Shown: positions 16,623 through 28,381, counted from the first letter of the stretch. The stretch: DNA of 36,946 bases from a candidate division WOR-1 bacterium RIFCSPHIGHO2_01_FULL_53_15 (GCA_001772335.1 METM01000021.1:127440-164385); one strand, 5' to 3'. Notes: generated by a model not told the origin, from the letters alone. Program-made: numbers and translations.

Positions 16623-17498
16623 ATGGATATTATCAAGAATTCAAGATTATGGTTCGTGTTCTCGGGGTCGCTGATCGTCCTGGCGATCGCCGCGCTCTCG
16701 TTCAACGCCTTTGTGCGCGGGAAACCCTTGAACTTCGGCATCGATTTTACCGGCGGCACGCTCCTCAATCTGCGTTTTGAGCGGCCGGTCACCGTCGCGG
16801 AGGTTCGCGGCGTCCTCCATGAATTCAAATTAGGGGAGAGCGTCATCCAGAAGTCGGGTGAGACCGACATCCTGATCAGGACCGTGCCGCTCGAAGGCGA
16901 AACACGGGCCGGTCTTATCTCAGCGCTCAACACCAAAATCGCGGCTTCGGAGATACTTGAGGCCGACATCATCGGCCCGACGGTCGGGCGTGAGTTGTCG
17001 GCCCAGGCGGTCTGGGCGCTCATTATCGCTTCGATCGGCATTATTATATATGTATCGTTCAGGTTCGAGTTCAAATACGCCGTCACGGCGCTCTTTGCCC
17101 TCTACCATGACGCCATCATCACGACCGGCCTGATCGCCCTCTTCTGGCGCACGGTCGACGTCGGCTTCGTGGCAGCAATCCTCACGATCATGGGTTATTC
17201 TATCAACGATACGATAGTAATTTATGACAGGATCAGGGAGAATCTCAAGAAACCGGGCAATGCCAAGAAAAAGTTCAGCGAAATCGTCAACGCCAGTATC
17301 TATGAGACGTTGGCCCGCTCGATCAACACCGTTCTCACCGTCATCATCATGGTGCTTCTGCTCCTTTTCCTGGGCGGCGAGCCCCTGCGCGATTTCTCGC
17401 TGACGCTCTTGATCGGTTTTTCTTTCGGCGCTTATTCATCGATCTTTGTCGCCCCGCCGCTTCTCAACGCCTGGGCGAAGCGGGAAAACAAGAAGTAA
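16623..17498 (+). CDS. secF: Protein translocase subunit SecF
   Basis: GIDFTGG, GP.VG.EL, GYSINDTIVIYDRIREN, GAYSSIFVA. Confidence 0.97.
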   Translation: MDIIKNSRLWFVFSGSLIVLAIAALSFNAFVRGKPLNFGIDFTGGTLLNLRFERPVTVAEVRGVLHEFKLGESVIQKSGETDILIRTVPLEGETRAGLISALNTKIAASEILEADIIGPTVGRELSAQAVWALIIASIGIIIYVSFRFEFKYAVTALFALYHDAIITTGLIALFWRTVDVGFVAAILTIMGYSINDTIVIYDRIRENLKKPGNAKKKFSEIVNASIYETLARSINTVLTVIIMVLLLLFLGGEPLRDFSLTLLIGFSFGAYSSIFVAPPLLNAWAKRENKK

Positions 17499-18263
17499 TT
17501 GGAATATATACTGCTCGGCCTTGTCCAGGGTTTGACTGAATTTCTGCCTGTTTCCTCGCAGGGCCACCTGTTGCTTATTTACCGCCTGTTCCATTTGACC
17601 GAAAACATCGCCTTCGATACGGTACTGCACCTGGCGACGGCGCTGGCGGCTATTGTCTATTTCCGCCGCGACATTTTTGATCTTTTTACAAGCAACAGGC
17701 GCCTCCTCTGGCTGGTTGCCGCCGCGACATTTTTTACCGGGCTGATCGGCCTAAGCTTTAAGGATTTTTTTGAATCGCTTTTCCTGGCCTTTGAATATGT
17801 CGGCCCGTTCTTTATCGTGACTGGCCTGGTCATCCTGGCCGGCGAATGGGCGGGCAAGAGCCGGCGGGGCGCGGAGAGAGCTAATTTTTTTGACGCGGCA
17901 ATTATCGGGATCGCCCAGGGGATGTCGATCGTGCCGTCGCTTTCGCGCTCCGCCATGACCATTTCATCGGCGCTGGCGCTCAACCTTGACCGCCGGTTCG
18001 CCGCCACATTCTCATTCCTTGTTTCCATACCGGCCATCCTTGGGGCGGGGTTCATCCAGTCAAAGGCGATCTTCAAAGCCGGCACGATCGGCATCGGAAT
18101 CGGTCCGTTGGCGCTCGGATTTCTGGCGGCCTTTATTTCCGGCTGGTTCGCGATCAAGATCTTCATGGGCGTCATCCAGAAGACAAGTTTGCGCGTTTTC
18201 GCGTATTATTGTATTATTCTTGGCGTGGCGGTCGTTCTTCTGACTTACTTTAAAGTTATTTAA
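17499..18263 (+). CDS. uppP: Undecaprenyl-diphosphatase
   Basis: GLVQGLTEFLPVSS.GHL, P.LSRS..TI, FSFL.SIPAI. Confidence 0.95.
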   Translation: MEYILLGLVQGLTEFLPVSSQGHLLLIYRLFHLTENIAFDTVLHLATALAAIVYFRRDIFDLFTSNRRLLWLVAAATFFTGLIGLSFKDFFESLFLAFEYVGPFFIVTGLVILAGEWAGKSRRGAERANFFDAAIIGIAQGMSIVPSLSRSAMTISSALALNLDRRFAATFSFLVSIPAILGAGFIQSKAIFKAGTIGIGIGPLALGFLAAFISGWFAIKIFMGVIQKTSLRVFAYYCIILGVAVVLLTYFKVI

Positions 18264-18283
18264 CTTTCCGCGAGGTGTTTTTG

Positions 18284-18925
18284 GTGAAAAAACTGCTTTC
18301 GTTCCTGCTCGTCTTTGTTTTCATCTTTGGTTTGGCCGCGCCGTCGTTTTCCGCCGTTCAAAAGAAAAAAGTTGTTCAAAAGAAGAGAGTTGTTAAAAAG
18401 AAAAGCTATTACCGGCGGATCGTGCGCAATTGGCCCAAGGGCGGACCCCGGCCGGTATTCCCGCAAGATTCCGGACAAAAGGCGGTCGTGGGAACGCCGC
18501 CCCCGGCGCCCAAGCCGGCGCCGCCGCAACCCGCGCCAAAGCCGCCGGCTAAAGCCGGCTTTTTCGCCGAGGGAGGAATGGCCGGCGGGGCAGTGGCGGC
18601 TGAATTGGGCTACGGCCGCAGTTTCGGCGAGAAGCTCTACTTGAGCGGCGCGGCCGGTTACGCGGTCGGCAATCAATACCGTGTCTTAGTGCTCGACCCG
18701 ATCCGCGCTTCTTTTGACTTGAAACAATTTGTTGTCGGCGCCGGCCTCAATTACGCGGCCTATTCGGACTATGTCGCGAACATTCCCGGCTTTTCCGGCA
18801 CGATCCCAAACAAGAATCTGTTCGGATTTGAGGTCTTTGCGGGCAAGCAGTTCGGCGACCTCATCGGCAAGATCGGCTACAGCACGGCGCTGGGCCTGCG
18901 GGCCGGGGCCGCCATGAATTTTTGA
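18284..18925 (+). CDS. Secreted protein: Lys/Arg-rich and Pro-rich N-terminus plus probable beta-barrel
   Basis: GTG 18284 after SD GAGGTG, signal peptide, KKKVVQKKRVVKKK, PPPAPKPAPPQPAPKPP, beta-strand-like domain ending in Phe. Confidence 0.65.
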   Translation: MKKLLSFLLVFVFIFGLAAPSFSAVQKKKVVQKKRVVKKKSYYRRIVRNWPKGGPRPVFPQDSGQKAVVGTPPPAPKPAPPQPAPKPPAKAGFFAEGGMAGGAVAAELGYGRSFGEKLYLSGAAGYAVGNQYRVLVLDPIRASFDLKQFVVGAGLNYAAYSDYVANIPGFSGTIPNKNLFGFEVFAGKQFGDLIGKIGYSTALGLRAGAAMNF

Positions 18926-18935
18926 CCAAAGGGTA

Positions 18936-18963
18936 TTGACAACATTAGATAAGGTGGTATGCT
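18936..18963 (+). promoter_or_regulatory. Sigma70 promoter of the vWA lipoprotein gene
   Basis: TTGACA-N16-TATGCT with extended -10 TG. Confidence 0.6.
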
Positions 18964-19015
18964 TACGGTTGAGGTTTAGAGTTTAAAAGAATATTTTTTT
19001 AGGAGGATGATGACA

Positions 19016-20221
19016 ATGGGTAAAAAGGTCTGGTTCGGTCTCGTCGGCTTGTTCCTGGCTTCTTTGTTCGTGGTTTCGATGTACGGGTGCGCGGCGCTGC
19101 AGCAGGCATTGAGTCGGCTTGATCCAGGGTTATTGACGTCGACCCAAGAGGTCACGACCATCAGCGGTTCGGTTTCCTATTCGGGCGGCACCGCCGAGAT
19201 CAATCTAGCAGCAGTCTTGGTTTCCGGTGAAATTAAGTCGATCACCTCTTCGAACGTCCAGGTTTATGTCGGCAAATCCGGGACGGCTACTTCGGAATGG
19301 ACAGGTGTCGACATCACCATACCCACTGGAGTTGATAAACCGCTTGATATCGCGTTCATTCTCGACAATACCGGCAGTATGGGCGGGGCGATCACCGGCT
19401 CGAAGAACAGCATCGTGGCTTTTGCCAATTCGCTGGAGGCGGGCGGCGTTGACGCTAAATTCGGTCTTGTGACTTTTGGTGACAGCGCTCTCCATCCGAC
19501 GCCCCTTGGTTTTATAACGGCTGAAGGTTTTACAGATGCCTATTCAATGGCGCGGCCAATCATGGGTCTGGGCACGGCGGCTTCGCTGGAGTCCATTCTC
19601 AGCACAGAGGTCGTGGCTGATGGCGGCGGTGACGGGCCGGAAAATCCGCTGGATGCGATCATGTATGCCTACAATAATTTTAGCTGGCGGAGCGGCGCGC
19701 AGAAGGTCTTTATCGTGATTACTGACATAAACGCCCACCAGAGCGTGGAAGCGGACACTTCCTCGGACAACAAGTGCACCACGACGGCGACCAATACCGT
19801 TACGGCTCTGGCCGGAAGAGCGGTCATTTACTCGGTCAGCCCCGATTACACTTCTTCACAGTGGCCATACGCGGATGTTCGCCGCCTGGCTGATGGCCTG
19901 GGTGAAGGGCGAGTCACGGCTGAAACGAACACCGGCGGCAAATGGATCGAGTTCAGCGGCTCTGGATTTAATCTGAACTCGCTCGGAATTTCAACTGTCC
20001 TGACCAGCTCAACTCTCCTGCGCTTCAGCTACACTTTCTCGGCCGGCACATGGTACATTCACGTCCTGATTGACACCAACGGCGACGGCACCATGGATGC
20101 CGATGCGGTCTTCACGCTGACTGTTGCAGCCGGCTCAGGTTTTACAACAAATGCGCCGCCGCAGAAACCTGTGAGCGCTTCAGGTTCGAGGAAACCATAC
20201 GTCGCGCCGCCAAACAACTAG
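19016..20221 (+). CDS. vWA-domain lipoprotein
   Basis: Lipobox-like MYGC, DIAFILDNTGSM MIDAS motif, GGGDGPE, WR.GA.KV.IVITD. SD AGGAGG best fits ATG 19016 (alternatives 19007, 19010). Confidence 0.85.
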   Translation: MGKKVWFGLVGLFLASLFVVSMYGCAALQQALSRLDPGLLTSTQEVTTISGSVSYSGGTAEINLAAVLVSGEIKSITSSNVQVYVGKSGTATSEWTGVDITIPTGVDKPLDIAFILDNTGSMGGAITGSKNSIVAFANSLEAGGVDAKFGLVTFGDSALHPTPLGFITAEGFTDAYSMARPIMGLGTAASLESILSTEVVADGGGDGPENPLDAIMYAYNNFSWRSGAQKVFIVITDINAHQSVEADTSSDNKCTTTATNTVTALAGRAVIYSVSPDYTSSQWPYADVRRLADGLGEGRVTAETNTGGKWIEFSGSGFNLNSLGISTVLTSSTLLRFSYTFSAGTWYIHVLIDTNGDGTMDADAVFTLTVAAGSGFTTNAPPQKPVSASGSRKPYVAPPNN

Positions 20222-20245
20222 CGGCGAGAACGGATAGATTGATTG

Positions 20246-20275
20246 AAGCCCCCCGGTCCCTCGGGGGGCTTTTTT
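20246..20275 (+). terminator. Rho-independent terminator
   Basis: AAGCCCCCCG-gtccct-CGGGGGGCTT followed by a T run. Confidence 0.85.
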
Positions 20276-20293
20276 ATGTTATACTCTTAAACG

Positions 20294-22477
<2,184 letters not shown>

Positions 22478-22492
<15 letters not shown>

Positions 22493-22999
22493 TTGGCCTC
22501 TTGTGCCGCAGTTAATATCTTTTTGCTCCAGAGGCAACTGCCGGACGACACCGATCTTTTCCAGCCAGTCAAATTTTCCCCAACGCGTGAAACGATAAAA
22601 TTCCTGGATGTTGGCTGAGGTTGTTCCGAGCTTTTCCAAGTGTTTTGTAGAAAGATGCTCCAGATGCGCTTCGATCTTAAATCCGGCGTTATATCGATCG
22701 ATAAACATCGCTTCGATCGTCAAAGCCGCGGCCTCAAACAGTCCGGGTGAAACGTCTTTTTTAACCAGCTCATCGACAAGCTGATAAGGAGTAATTTCGG
22801 CCTTGGGATCAAGGCCGTTCTTCGGCCAGACCAGCGTTTTCTTGCCGAAAAACACCTTCATCGCGAAATGGCCGACGCCGTGTTCGAGGATATTGTCCAA
22901 AACGCGCCTCATGGCCCCTCTCTCGGCCCGGAAGTAAAAGCGGTAAGACCTGGGTGTTATTGCGCTTTTTTCACCAAGCAGGACCCGCATGTCTTTCAT
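22478..22999 (-). CDS. Hypothetical protein (orphan-like)
   Basis: 173-aa ORF filling the gap, convergent with ftsK, no recognisable motif. Confidence 0.6.
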
Positions 23000-23049
23000 G
23001 TAAATATATCGCCAAAAAATCGCTATAATTTCAGGATATTGTTTTAAAA

Positions 23050-23111
23050 CCCCACACTGAAGTGTGGGGAATATTTTCGAGATTTGTAATTCCCCATACT
23101 TTAGTATGGGG
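23050..23111. repeat. Pair of related 20-bp hairpins (IS200/IS605-end-like or REP-like)
   Basis: CCCCACACTGAAGTGTGGGG (23050-23069) and CCCCATACTTTAGTATGGGG (23092-23111). Confidence 0.75.
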
Positions 23112-23161
23112 ATTCATAAGTAAACCTGAAGAATGGAGAAAAAATTGGTATAATTGAAGAA

Positions 23162-24025
23162 GTGGAAATATTTAATAAATTGAGATTTGGAATTTGTTTG
23201 GTTTTTGTTTCTTGGTTGTTGATTATTTTTCCAAAGGGTTCCTTTGCTGAGATTCCACAACGTATTGTTTCTGGCCTGCCATCAGTCACTGAAATGCTCT
23301 ACGCGCTTGACCTGGGCGATCGCGTGGTCGGCGTGACGACCAACTGCAACTATCCGCCCGAGGCCAAAAAGAAAGAGAAGATCGGCGGCTTTTTCCTCAA
23401 TCTGGAAAAGATCGTCTCCCTCAAACCCGACCTGGTCATAATGATCGAGGACGCGCAAAAGAGGGATATTGCAAGGTTTAAAAAGTTCGGCCTGCCGGTT
23501 TATACGATCAACCCGCGCAATGTGGCTGATGTGATGGCTGAGCTTGTTAAATTGGGGAAACTGACGGGGCAGGAGAGTCAGGCGCAAGCGTTGGTAGAAA
23601 AAATGAAGAGCCGGTTGGCCGCCGTCCAGCCCAAGGGCTTTAGTCTTGAACTGATCTTGAGAAAGCGGCCGAAGGCGCTGACGATCGTCGGCAATAACCC
23701 GCTCATCGTGGTTGGCGGCGGCGCCTTTATTGATGATATAATGAAGCAAGCCGGGGTGGAGAATATTGCCGGGGGATCCAGGGCGGTTTATCCGCAGTTC
23801 AGCTTTGAAACCTTGCTCAAAGAAGATCCGGAATATCTCATTATTCCAAAAGGGGTCGTTCGGGAGGCAGAGATCAGCCGGGATCAACGCTGGCAAAAGC
23901 TTTCCGCGGTCAAGGAAAAGAAAATATTGATCATTGACGCCGATATCCTCTCGCGGCCCGGGCCGCGGGTGGTCGACGCAGTCGAAGAGATCGCTCATTT
24001 TATTTATGGCAAAAAAGATCAATAA
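23162..24025 (+). CDS. btuF: Cobalamin/Fe-chelate ABC transporter substrate-binding protein (BtuF-like)
   Basis: RIVS..PS.TEML.AL, VVGVT..CNYP, E.I.SLKPDLV, RPGPRV. Confidence 0.85.
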   Translation: MEIFNKLRFGICLVFVSWLLIIFPKGSFAEIPQRIVSGLPSVTEMLYALDLGDRVVGVTTNCNYPPEAKKKEKIGGFFLNLEKIVSLKPDLVIMIEDAQKRDIARFKKFGLPVYTINPRNVADVMAELVKLGKLTGQESQAQALVEKMKSRLAAVQPKGFSLELILRKRPKALTIVGNNPLIVVGGGAFIDDIMKQAGVENIAGGSRAVYPQFSFETLLKEDPEYLIIPKGVVREAEISRDQRWQKLSAVKEKKILIIDADILSRPGPRVVDAVEEIAHFIYGKKDQ

Positions 24026-24989
24026 GAAGACAGGGTTCGCGGTTTTCATCATCCTATTTGCCGTCGTTTTAGCGGTCATGTTCGTCTCTTTGTTTCTCGG
24101 CTCGGTCATGATCTCGCCGGCCGAATTATTCAAAAGCGAGATTCTCTGGCAGATACGACTGCCGCGCGTCAGCCTGGCGGCGCTCCTTGGCCTGATGCTT
24201 GCTATTTCCGGCGTGATACTGCAGGGTATATTAAGAAACCCTCTGGCCGATCCCTATGTGCTGGGCATCTCGGCCGGCGGGGCTATCGGCGCGGCAGTCG
24301 CCCTGGCCGCCGGAGCGCAAGTTGTTATCCTCGGCATGAGCTCGGTTCCCGTCATGGCCTTTGTCACCTCGCTCGCCGCTGTTTTTATCGTCTACAAATT
24401 AGCGCAGGTCGCTGGCAAGACCTCGCCGGAAACGCTGATTCTCGCCGGCGTCGCGCTCTCCGCCTTCTGCGCCGCCATTCTTTCGCTCATCATCATCCTA
24501 ACCGGCAATCTGCAGTCGATCTATTTCTGGCTGTTAGGTTCGCTCTCTTCGGCGACCTGGTCGAATGTCCTGACGGTCATCCCTTATGCCGTCTTCGGCT
24601 CCGCCGTCGCTTATTTCTTTTCCAAGGAGTTGAACGCGCTTTTATTGGGGGAGGAGATGGCGCAGACGTTAGGGGTTGATGTTGAGCGGATCAGGTTGTT
24701 CCTGATCGGGACGGCTTCGCTCATGACGGCGGCGGCGGTCTCCGTTTCCGGCCTGATCGGTTTTGTCGGCCTCATCATCCCGCATTTTATCAGATTATTG
24801 GTCGGCCCGAACCACCGTTATCTTATCCCGATCTCCGCGCTCTCGGGTATGCTTTTGATGGTCGCGGCCGACACGATCGCCCGCACCGTTCTGTCGCCCA
24901 CGGAGATTCCCATCGGCATAATTATGTCCCTGGTCGGCGCGCCTTTCTTCCTGTATCTTCTGCGCCGCAGAAGAGTTGAGGGCAAATGA
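24006..24989 (+). CDS. btuC: FecCD/BtuC-family permease
   Basis: IRLPR, QG.LRNPLADPY.LG.S.G, LGEE.A..LGV, G.IGFVGL.IPH. Start ATG 24006. Confidence 0.88.
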   Translation: MAKKINKKTGFAVFIILFAVVLAVMFVSLFLGSVMISPAELFKSEILWQIRLPRVSLAALLGLMLAISGVILQGILRNPLADPYVLGISAGGAIGAAVALAAGAQVVILGMSSVPVMAFVTSLAAVFIVYKLAQVAGKTSPETLILAGVALSAFCAAILSLIIILTGNLQSIYFWLLGSLSSATWSNVLTVIPYAVFGSAVAYFFSKELNALLLGEEMAQTLGVDVERIRLFLIGTASLMTAAAVSVSGLIGFVGLIIPHFIRLLVGPNHRYLIPISALSGMLLMVAADTIARTVLSPTEIPIGIIMSLVGAPFFLYLLRRRRVEGK

Positions 24990-25759
24990 GCAGCTTAAAG
25001 ATCGAGAACCTGGTCTGCGGCTATGACTCAAGAAAACCGGTCATCAAGGACATCTCTTTTTCGGTTGATGACGGGCAGTTCGTCGGGATCGTCGGCCCCA
25101 ACGGCGCCGGCAAAACCACCCTCCTGCGCGCCGTCGTCGGGCTCTTAAAGGTCCAGCACGGCTCGATCGCCATCAGCAACCACAAGATCGAACATCTCGA
25201 CCGGCGCGAACTGGCCCGCCGAATCGCTTTCGTGCCGCAACTCATGGAGCCGGTTGACGGCTTTTCCGTCGAGGATCTCGTTATGCTTGGCCGCACACCG
25301 TATCTTGAGCGTTTCTCTTTTGAGCAGAACGATGATTACGACGCCGTTAAATGGGCGATCGATGAGCTCAAGATCAGCGAGCTCAAGGACCGCCAGACGA
25401 CGGAGCTCTCGGGCGGCGAGTTCCAGCGGGTGGCGATAGCCAGAGCGCTGGCGCAGGAGCCCAAGGTCATGCTGTTAGACGAGCCGACCGCGCATCTCGA
25501 TATCCGCTACCAGGTCAATATCTGCAAGCTGCTGCGCAAACTGCGCAGCCACCGCTCGATCGTGGCGACTTTCCATGATCTCAACCTGGCCTCGCGCTTC
25601 TGCTCGCGGCTGGTCCTCATGAAGGCCGGGGAGCTGATCGCCGAAGGGTCGCCCGACGAGGTGGTGACGCCCGAAAATATCTGGAAGGCCTACCGGATCA
25701 AGGTTTCCGTTAAAAAGAACCCGACGACGCAGAAAGCCCGCTATGTCCTTCTGCCTTAA
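24986..25759 (+). CDS. btuD: ABC transporter ATPase (BtuD/FecE-like)
   Basis: GPNGAGKTT, LSGGEFQRV, LLDEPTAHLD, HDLNLA. Confidence 0.88.
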   Translation: MSSLKIENLVCGYDSRKPVIKDISFSVDDGQFVGIVGPNGAGKTTLLRAVVGLLKVQHGSIAISNHKIEHLDRRELARRIAFVPQLMEPVDGFSVEDLVMLGRTPYLERFSFEQNDDYDAVKWAIDELKISELKDRQTTELSGGEFQRVAIARALAQEPKVMLLDEPTAHLDIRYQVNICKLLRKLRSHRSIVATFHDLNLASRFCSRLVLMKAGELIAEGSPDEVVTPENIWKAYRIKVSVKKNPTTQKARYVLLP

Positions 25760-28031
25760 ACATAAGAACGACCTGCTGGCCGTCTGCTTGTTCCTCATTC
25801 TTGTCCTGATCTTCTTTGCCCGCTTCCTGACCGGCGAGCAGATCATCGCCTTCAAAGATCTCTCGCGCTATTTTTATCCGTTAAGATACCTGATGGTCGA
25901 GCAGGTCAAGTCAGGCCACCTGCCGCTCTGGAACCCCTATATTTTTTGCGGCTTTCCGCTCCTGGCGACGCTTCAGGTCTGTTTCTTTTATCCGCTGACG
26001 ATCATTTATTATCTTTTGCCGTTCAACCTGGCTTTTAATTGGTATATTATTCTCCATTATTTCCTGGCCGCCTGTTTTATGTACGCCATGCTCCGCCATT
26101 TCCGGCTGGGCTGGCACGCTTCTTTCCTCGGCGGGCTGGTCTTTGCCTTTTCCGGTTATCTTCTCTCCGTCTCCAACATGAACACATCTCTTTCTTCAGT
26201 TATCTGGCTGCCGTTAGTGGTAATGGTGTGGGATAAGGCGGTGAATGTAGGGACGGGGCTTGTCCCCGTCCGAAAGAGCGGACGACCACAAGAGTCGTCC
26301 CTACATTTCGTTTTGTTCACCGTATTACTCGCGCTCATGTTCCTCGGCGGAGAACCGACGATTTTCTATGTAACACTTTGGTTCTTGTTTTTCTACTTGC
26401 TGACGTTCTCCGAAAAGAGACTGAAAAGCGTCGCAACATTGGCCGGCGCTGCAATTCTGGCCTTAGGCCTGGCGGCGGTCCAGCTGATCCCGTTTATGGA
26501 ACTCGCGCGGCTCTCCGACAGAGTGGCGCGCACAAGCTACGATATCGTCAGTTTTCGCTCATTCCCGCCGCGGGAGCTTCTGACTTTCATCTTCCCGTAT
26601 TTTTTCGGCAACCCGGCCCAATTTGGGGGATTTACGGAAACCCTGCTGGGGAAGACCTACCAGGACTGGCTGGTCTCGCCTTATCTGGGGATCCTGCCGC
26701 TGATTTTCACTCTCTTTGCAAAACGAAATAAGCTGACCGTCTTCCTCTGGTCGGCCGCCGCGGTTGCGCTGCTCCTGGCTTTCGGCCGCTACACTCCGAT
26801 CTATAAGTTCATTTATTATGTCCCGGGATTTTCCATGATCCGCTACCCGGTCAAATATCTTTTCCTGACGTCTTTTTGCCTGACTTTTCTGGCCGCCCTG
26901 GGGTTTGAACAATTGCTCAAGTGGAGAGATGAAAATAGAGAGAAATATCGGCGGCTCCTGCAAGTCTTTGTCTCTCTTGCTCTATGCCTGGCCGCTTTAT
27001 CTATCTTTTGTTTTTTCTTCTTGGCCGCGATCATCGGCTTTTTCTCCGGGCTGTATGCGGCCAGCATCCCCAAGGTCTTTTTTGAGATACTGGCCGGAAT
27101 CATCAGATTCAATCTGCAGAGTCTTTATAATTTGACCGGCTATATTTTTATTTTTTGCGTTCTGCTGGCCGCCGCTTATAGGGAACGGATCAGCAAGCGC
27201 GTTCTCGCCTCTGCCTTTATACTGGTTGCCGCGGCTGATCTCATCGCCAACGGGACGATGATCATGGTGGCGGCGCCTGCCGAAGTTTTTTCAGCCATAC
27301 CGCCCAATTATACATATTTATTAAAGAGCGGCGGTTTCAACCGTTTCTTTTATACGCCCAAAATGGTCGACGCGAACCGGGTGATCGTTGGCGAAACCTT
27401 TGGGGCCGCGCTCTGGGACGCCAAGGATAATTTCGCCGCCAACTGGCCGGTGACATACCAGTTGTTCGACTTTTACGGCTATGAATCGATCCTGCCCTCT
27501 AAACTTGATTCTTTCTACCGGGAGGCGTTCACGCCGGACAAGCTCAAGCGGAATTTCCCGGCGCTGGCTTTATTCAACGTCAAGTATGTCGTCTCGGACG
27601 AGCCGCTCGCTTTGGCCGGACTCAAGCTTTTGCGCCACAAGTATAAATACGGCCGCAATCTTTATTTATACGAGAACAGAAGAGCCAGGCCGCGGGCGTA
27701 TTTTCTCGATGACGGCGGGGCGGCCGATTTCACGTTCTATCGGCCTGGGTACATGGCGATGAAAACCGTGTCTTCAAAGCCGGGCAGGTTATTCTTGAGC
27801 GAGGCCTATTATCCCGGCTGGCGGGCTTATGTTGACGGCGTTGAAACGAATATTAGCCCGGCGCAGGAATTGTTTTCGGCGGTCGATCTGCCAGCGGGCA
27901 GGCACGAGGTTAAATTTATTTATGACCCGCTGAGCTTGAAGCTGGGGGCGGGGATTTCAATAGTTTGTTTCTTGTTTCTTGGTTATTGGTTATTGAGAGG
28001 TTGGGGCGGCCAACGGGAATTGAACCCGTAA
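25743..28031 (+). CDS. YfhO family membrane protein (putative GT-C glycosyltransferase)
   Basis: PLWNPY.F.G.P.LA, FYP, many TMs, C-terminal YYPGWRAYVDG...LP.G.H.V.F.Y.P. Confidence 0.88.
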   Translation: MSFCLKHKNDLLAVCLFLILVLIFFARFLTGEQIIAFKDLSRYFYPLRYLMVEQVKSGHLPLWNPYIFCGFPLLATLQVCFFYPLTIIYYLLPFNLAFNWYIILHYFLAACFMYAMLRHFRLGWHASFLGGLVFAFSGYLLSVSNMNTSLSSVIWLPLVVMVWDKAVNVGTGLVPVRKSGRPQESSLHFVLFTVLLALMFLGGEPTIFYVTLWFLFFYLLTFSEKRLKSVATLAGAAILALGLAAVQLIPFMELARLSDRVARTSYDIVSFRSFPPRELLTFIFPYFFGNPAQFGGFTETLLGKTYQDWLVSPYLGILPLIFTLFAKRNKLTVFLWSAAAVALLLAFGRYTPIYKFIYYVPGFSMIRYPVKYLFLTSFCLTFLAALGFEQLLKWRDENREKYRRLLQVFVSLALCLAALSIFCFFFLAAIIGFFSGLYAASIPKVFFEILAGIIRFNLQSLYNLTGYIFIFCVLLAAAYRERISKRVLASAFILVAAADLIANGTMIMVAAPAEVFSAIPPNYTYLLKSGGFNRFFYTPKMVDANRVIVGETFGAALWDAKDNFAANWPVTYQLFDFYGYESILPSKLDSFYREAFTPDKLKRNFPALALFNVKYVVSDEPLALAGLKLLRHKYKYGRNLYLYENRRARPRAYFLDDGGAADFTFYRPGYMAMKTVSSKPGRLFLSEAYYPGWRAYVDGVETNISPAQELFSAVDLPAGRHEVKFIYDPLSLKLGAGISIVCFLFLGYWLLRGWGGQRELNP
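26244..26307. repeat. GTAG-family REP doublet (REPIN-like) inside yfhO
   Basis: GTAGGGACGGGGCTTGTCCCCGTCC and inverted GGACGACCACAAGAGTCGTCCCTAC, outer IR AATGTAGGGACG/CGTCCCTACATT. Confidence 0.85.
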
Positions 28032-28076
28032 TAACAGATCCACAATCTGCTGTGTTACCACTACACCATGGCCGCC
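28002..28076 (-). tRNA. tRNA-His(GTG)
   Basis: G-1, GCGGCCA/TGGCCGC stem, C73, encoded CCA, anticodon GTG. Confidence 0.93.
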
Positions 28077-28111
28077 GCGAAGAAGAAAATGCGCAGGGAA
28101 AGTGAAAGAGC

Positions 28112-28183
28112 TGCGCCATGAAGGACTTGAACCTTCAACCAACTGATTAAGAGTCAGCTGCTCTACCATTGAGCTAATGGCGC
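28112..28183 (-). tRNA. tRNA-Lys(CTT)
   Basis: Cloverleaf, anticodon arm GCTGA-CT-CTT-AA-TCAGT. Confidence 0.93.
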
Positions 28184-28213
28184 AGCCCTTTCTTTCATAT
28201 TTTATCATAAAAC

Positions 28214-28295
28214 TGGGCGAGAGAGGACTCGAACCTCCAAGCCTTGCGGCACACGGTCCTAAGCCGTGCGCGTCTGCCAGTTCCGCCACTCGCCC
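28214..28295 (-). tRNA. tRNA-Leu(TAG)
   Basis: Long variable arm, CACGG-CT-TAG-GA-CCGTG. Confidence 0.93.
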
Positions 28296-28307
28296 TCAGA
28301 TGGAGTT

Positions 28308-28381
28308 CGGGCCCGAGAGGAATCGAACCTCCGACCTACGGATTAGAAATCCGTTGCTCTATCCAACTGAGCTACGGGCCC
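28308..28381 (-). tRNA. tRNA-Arg(TCT)
   Basis: ACGGA-TT-TCT-AA-TCCGT. Confidence 0.93.

Noticed and set aside
23000-23161. Cobalamin riboswitch upstream of the btuFCD-like operon
   Set aside because: No recognisable B12-box or conserved core, and the -10 box sits 7 nt before the start, leaving no leader; the transporter substrate is therefore uncertain
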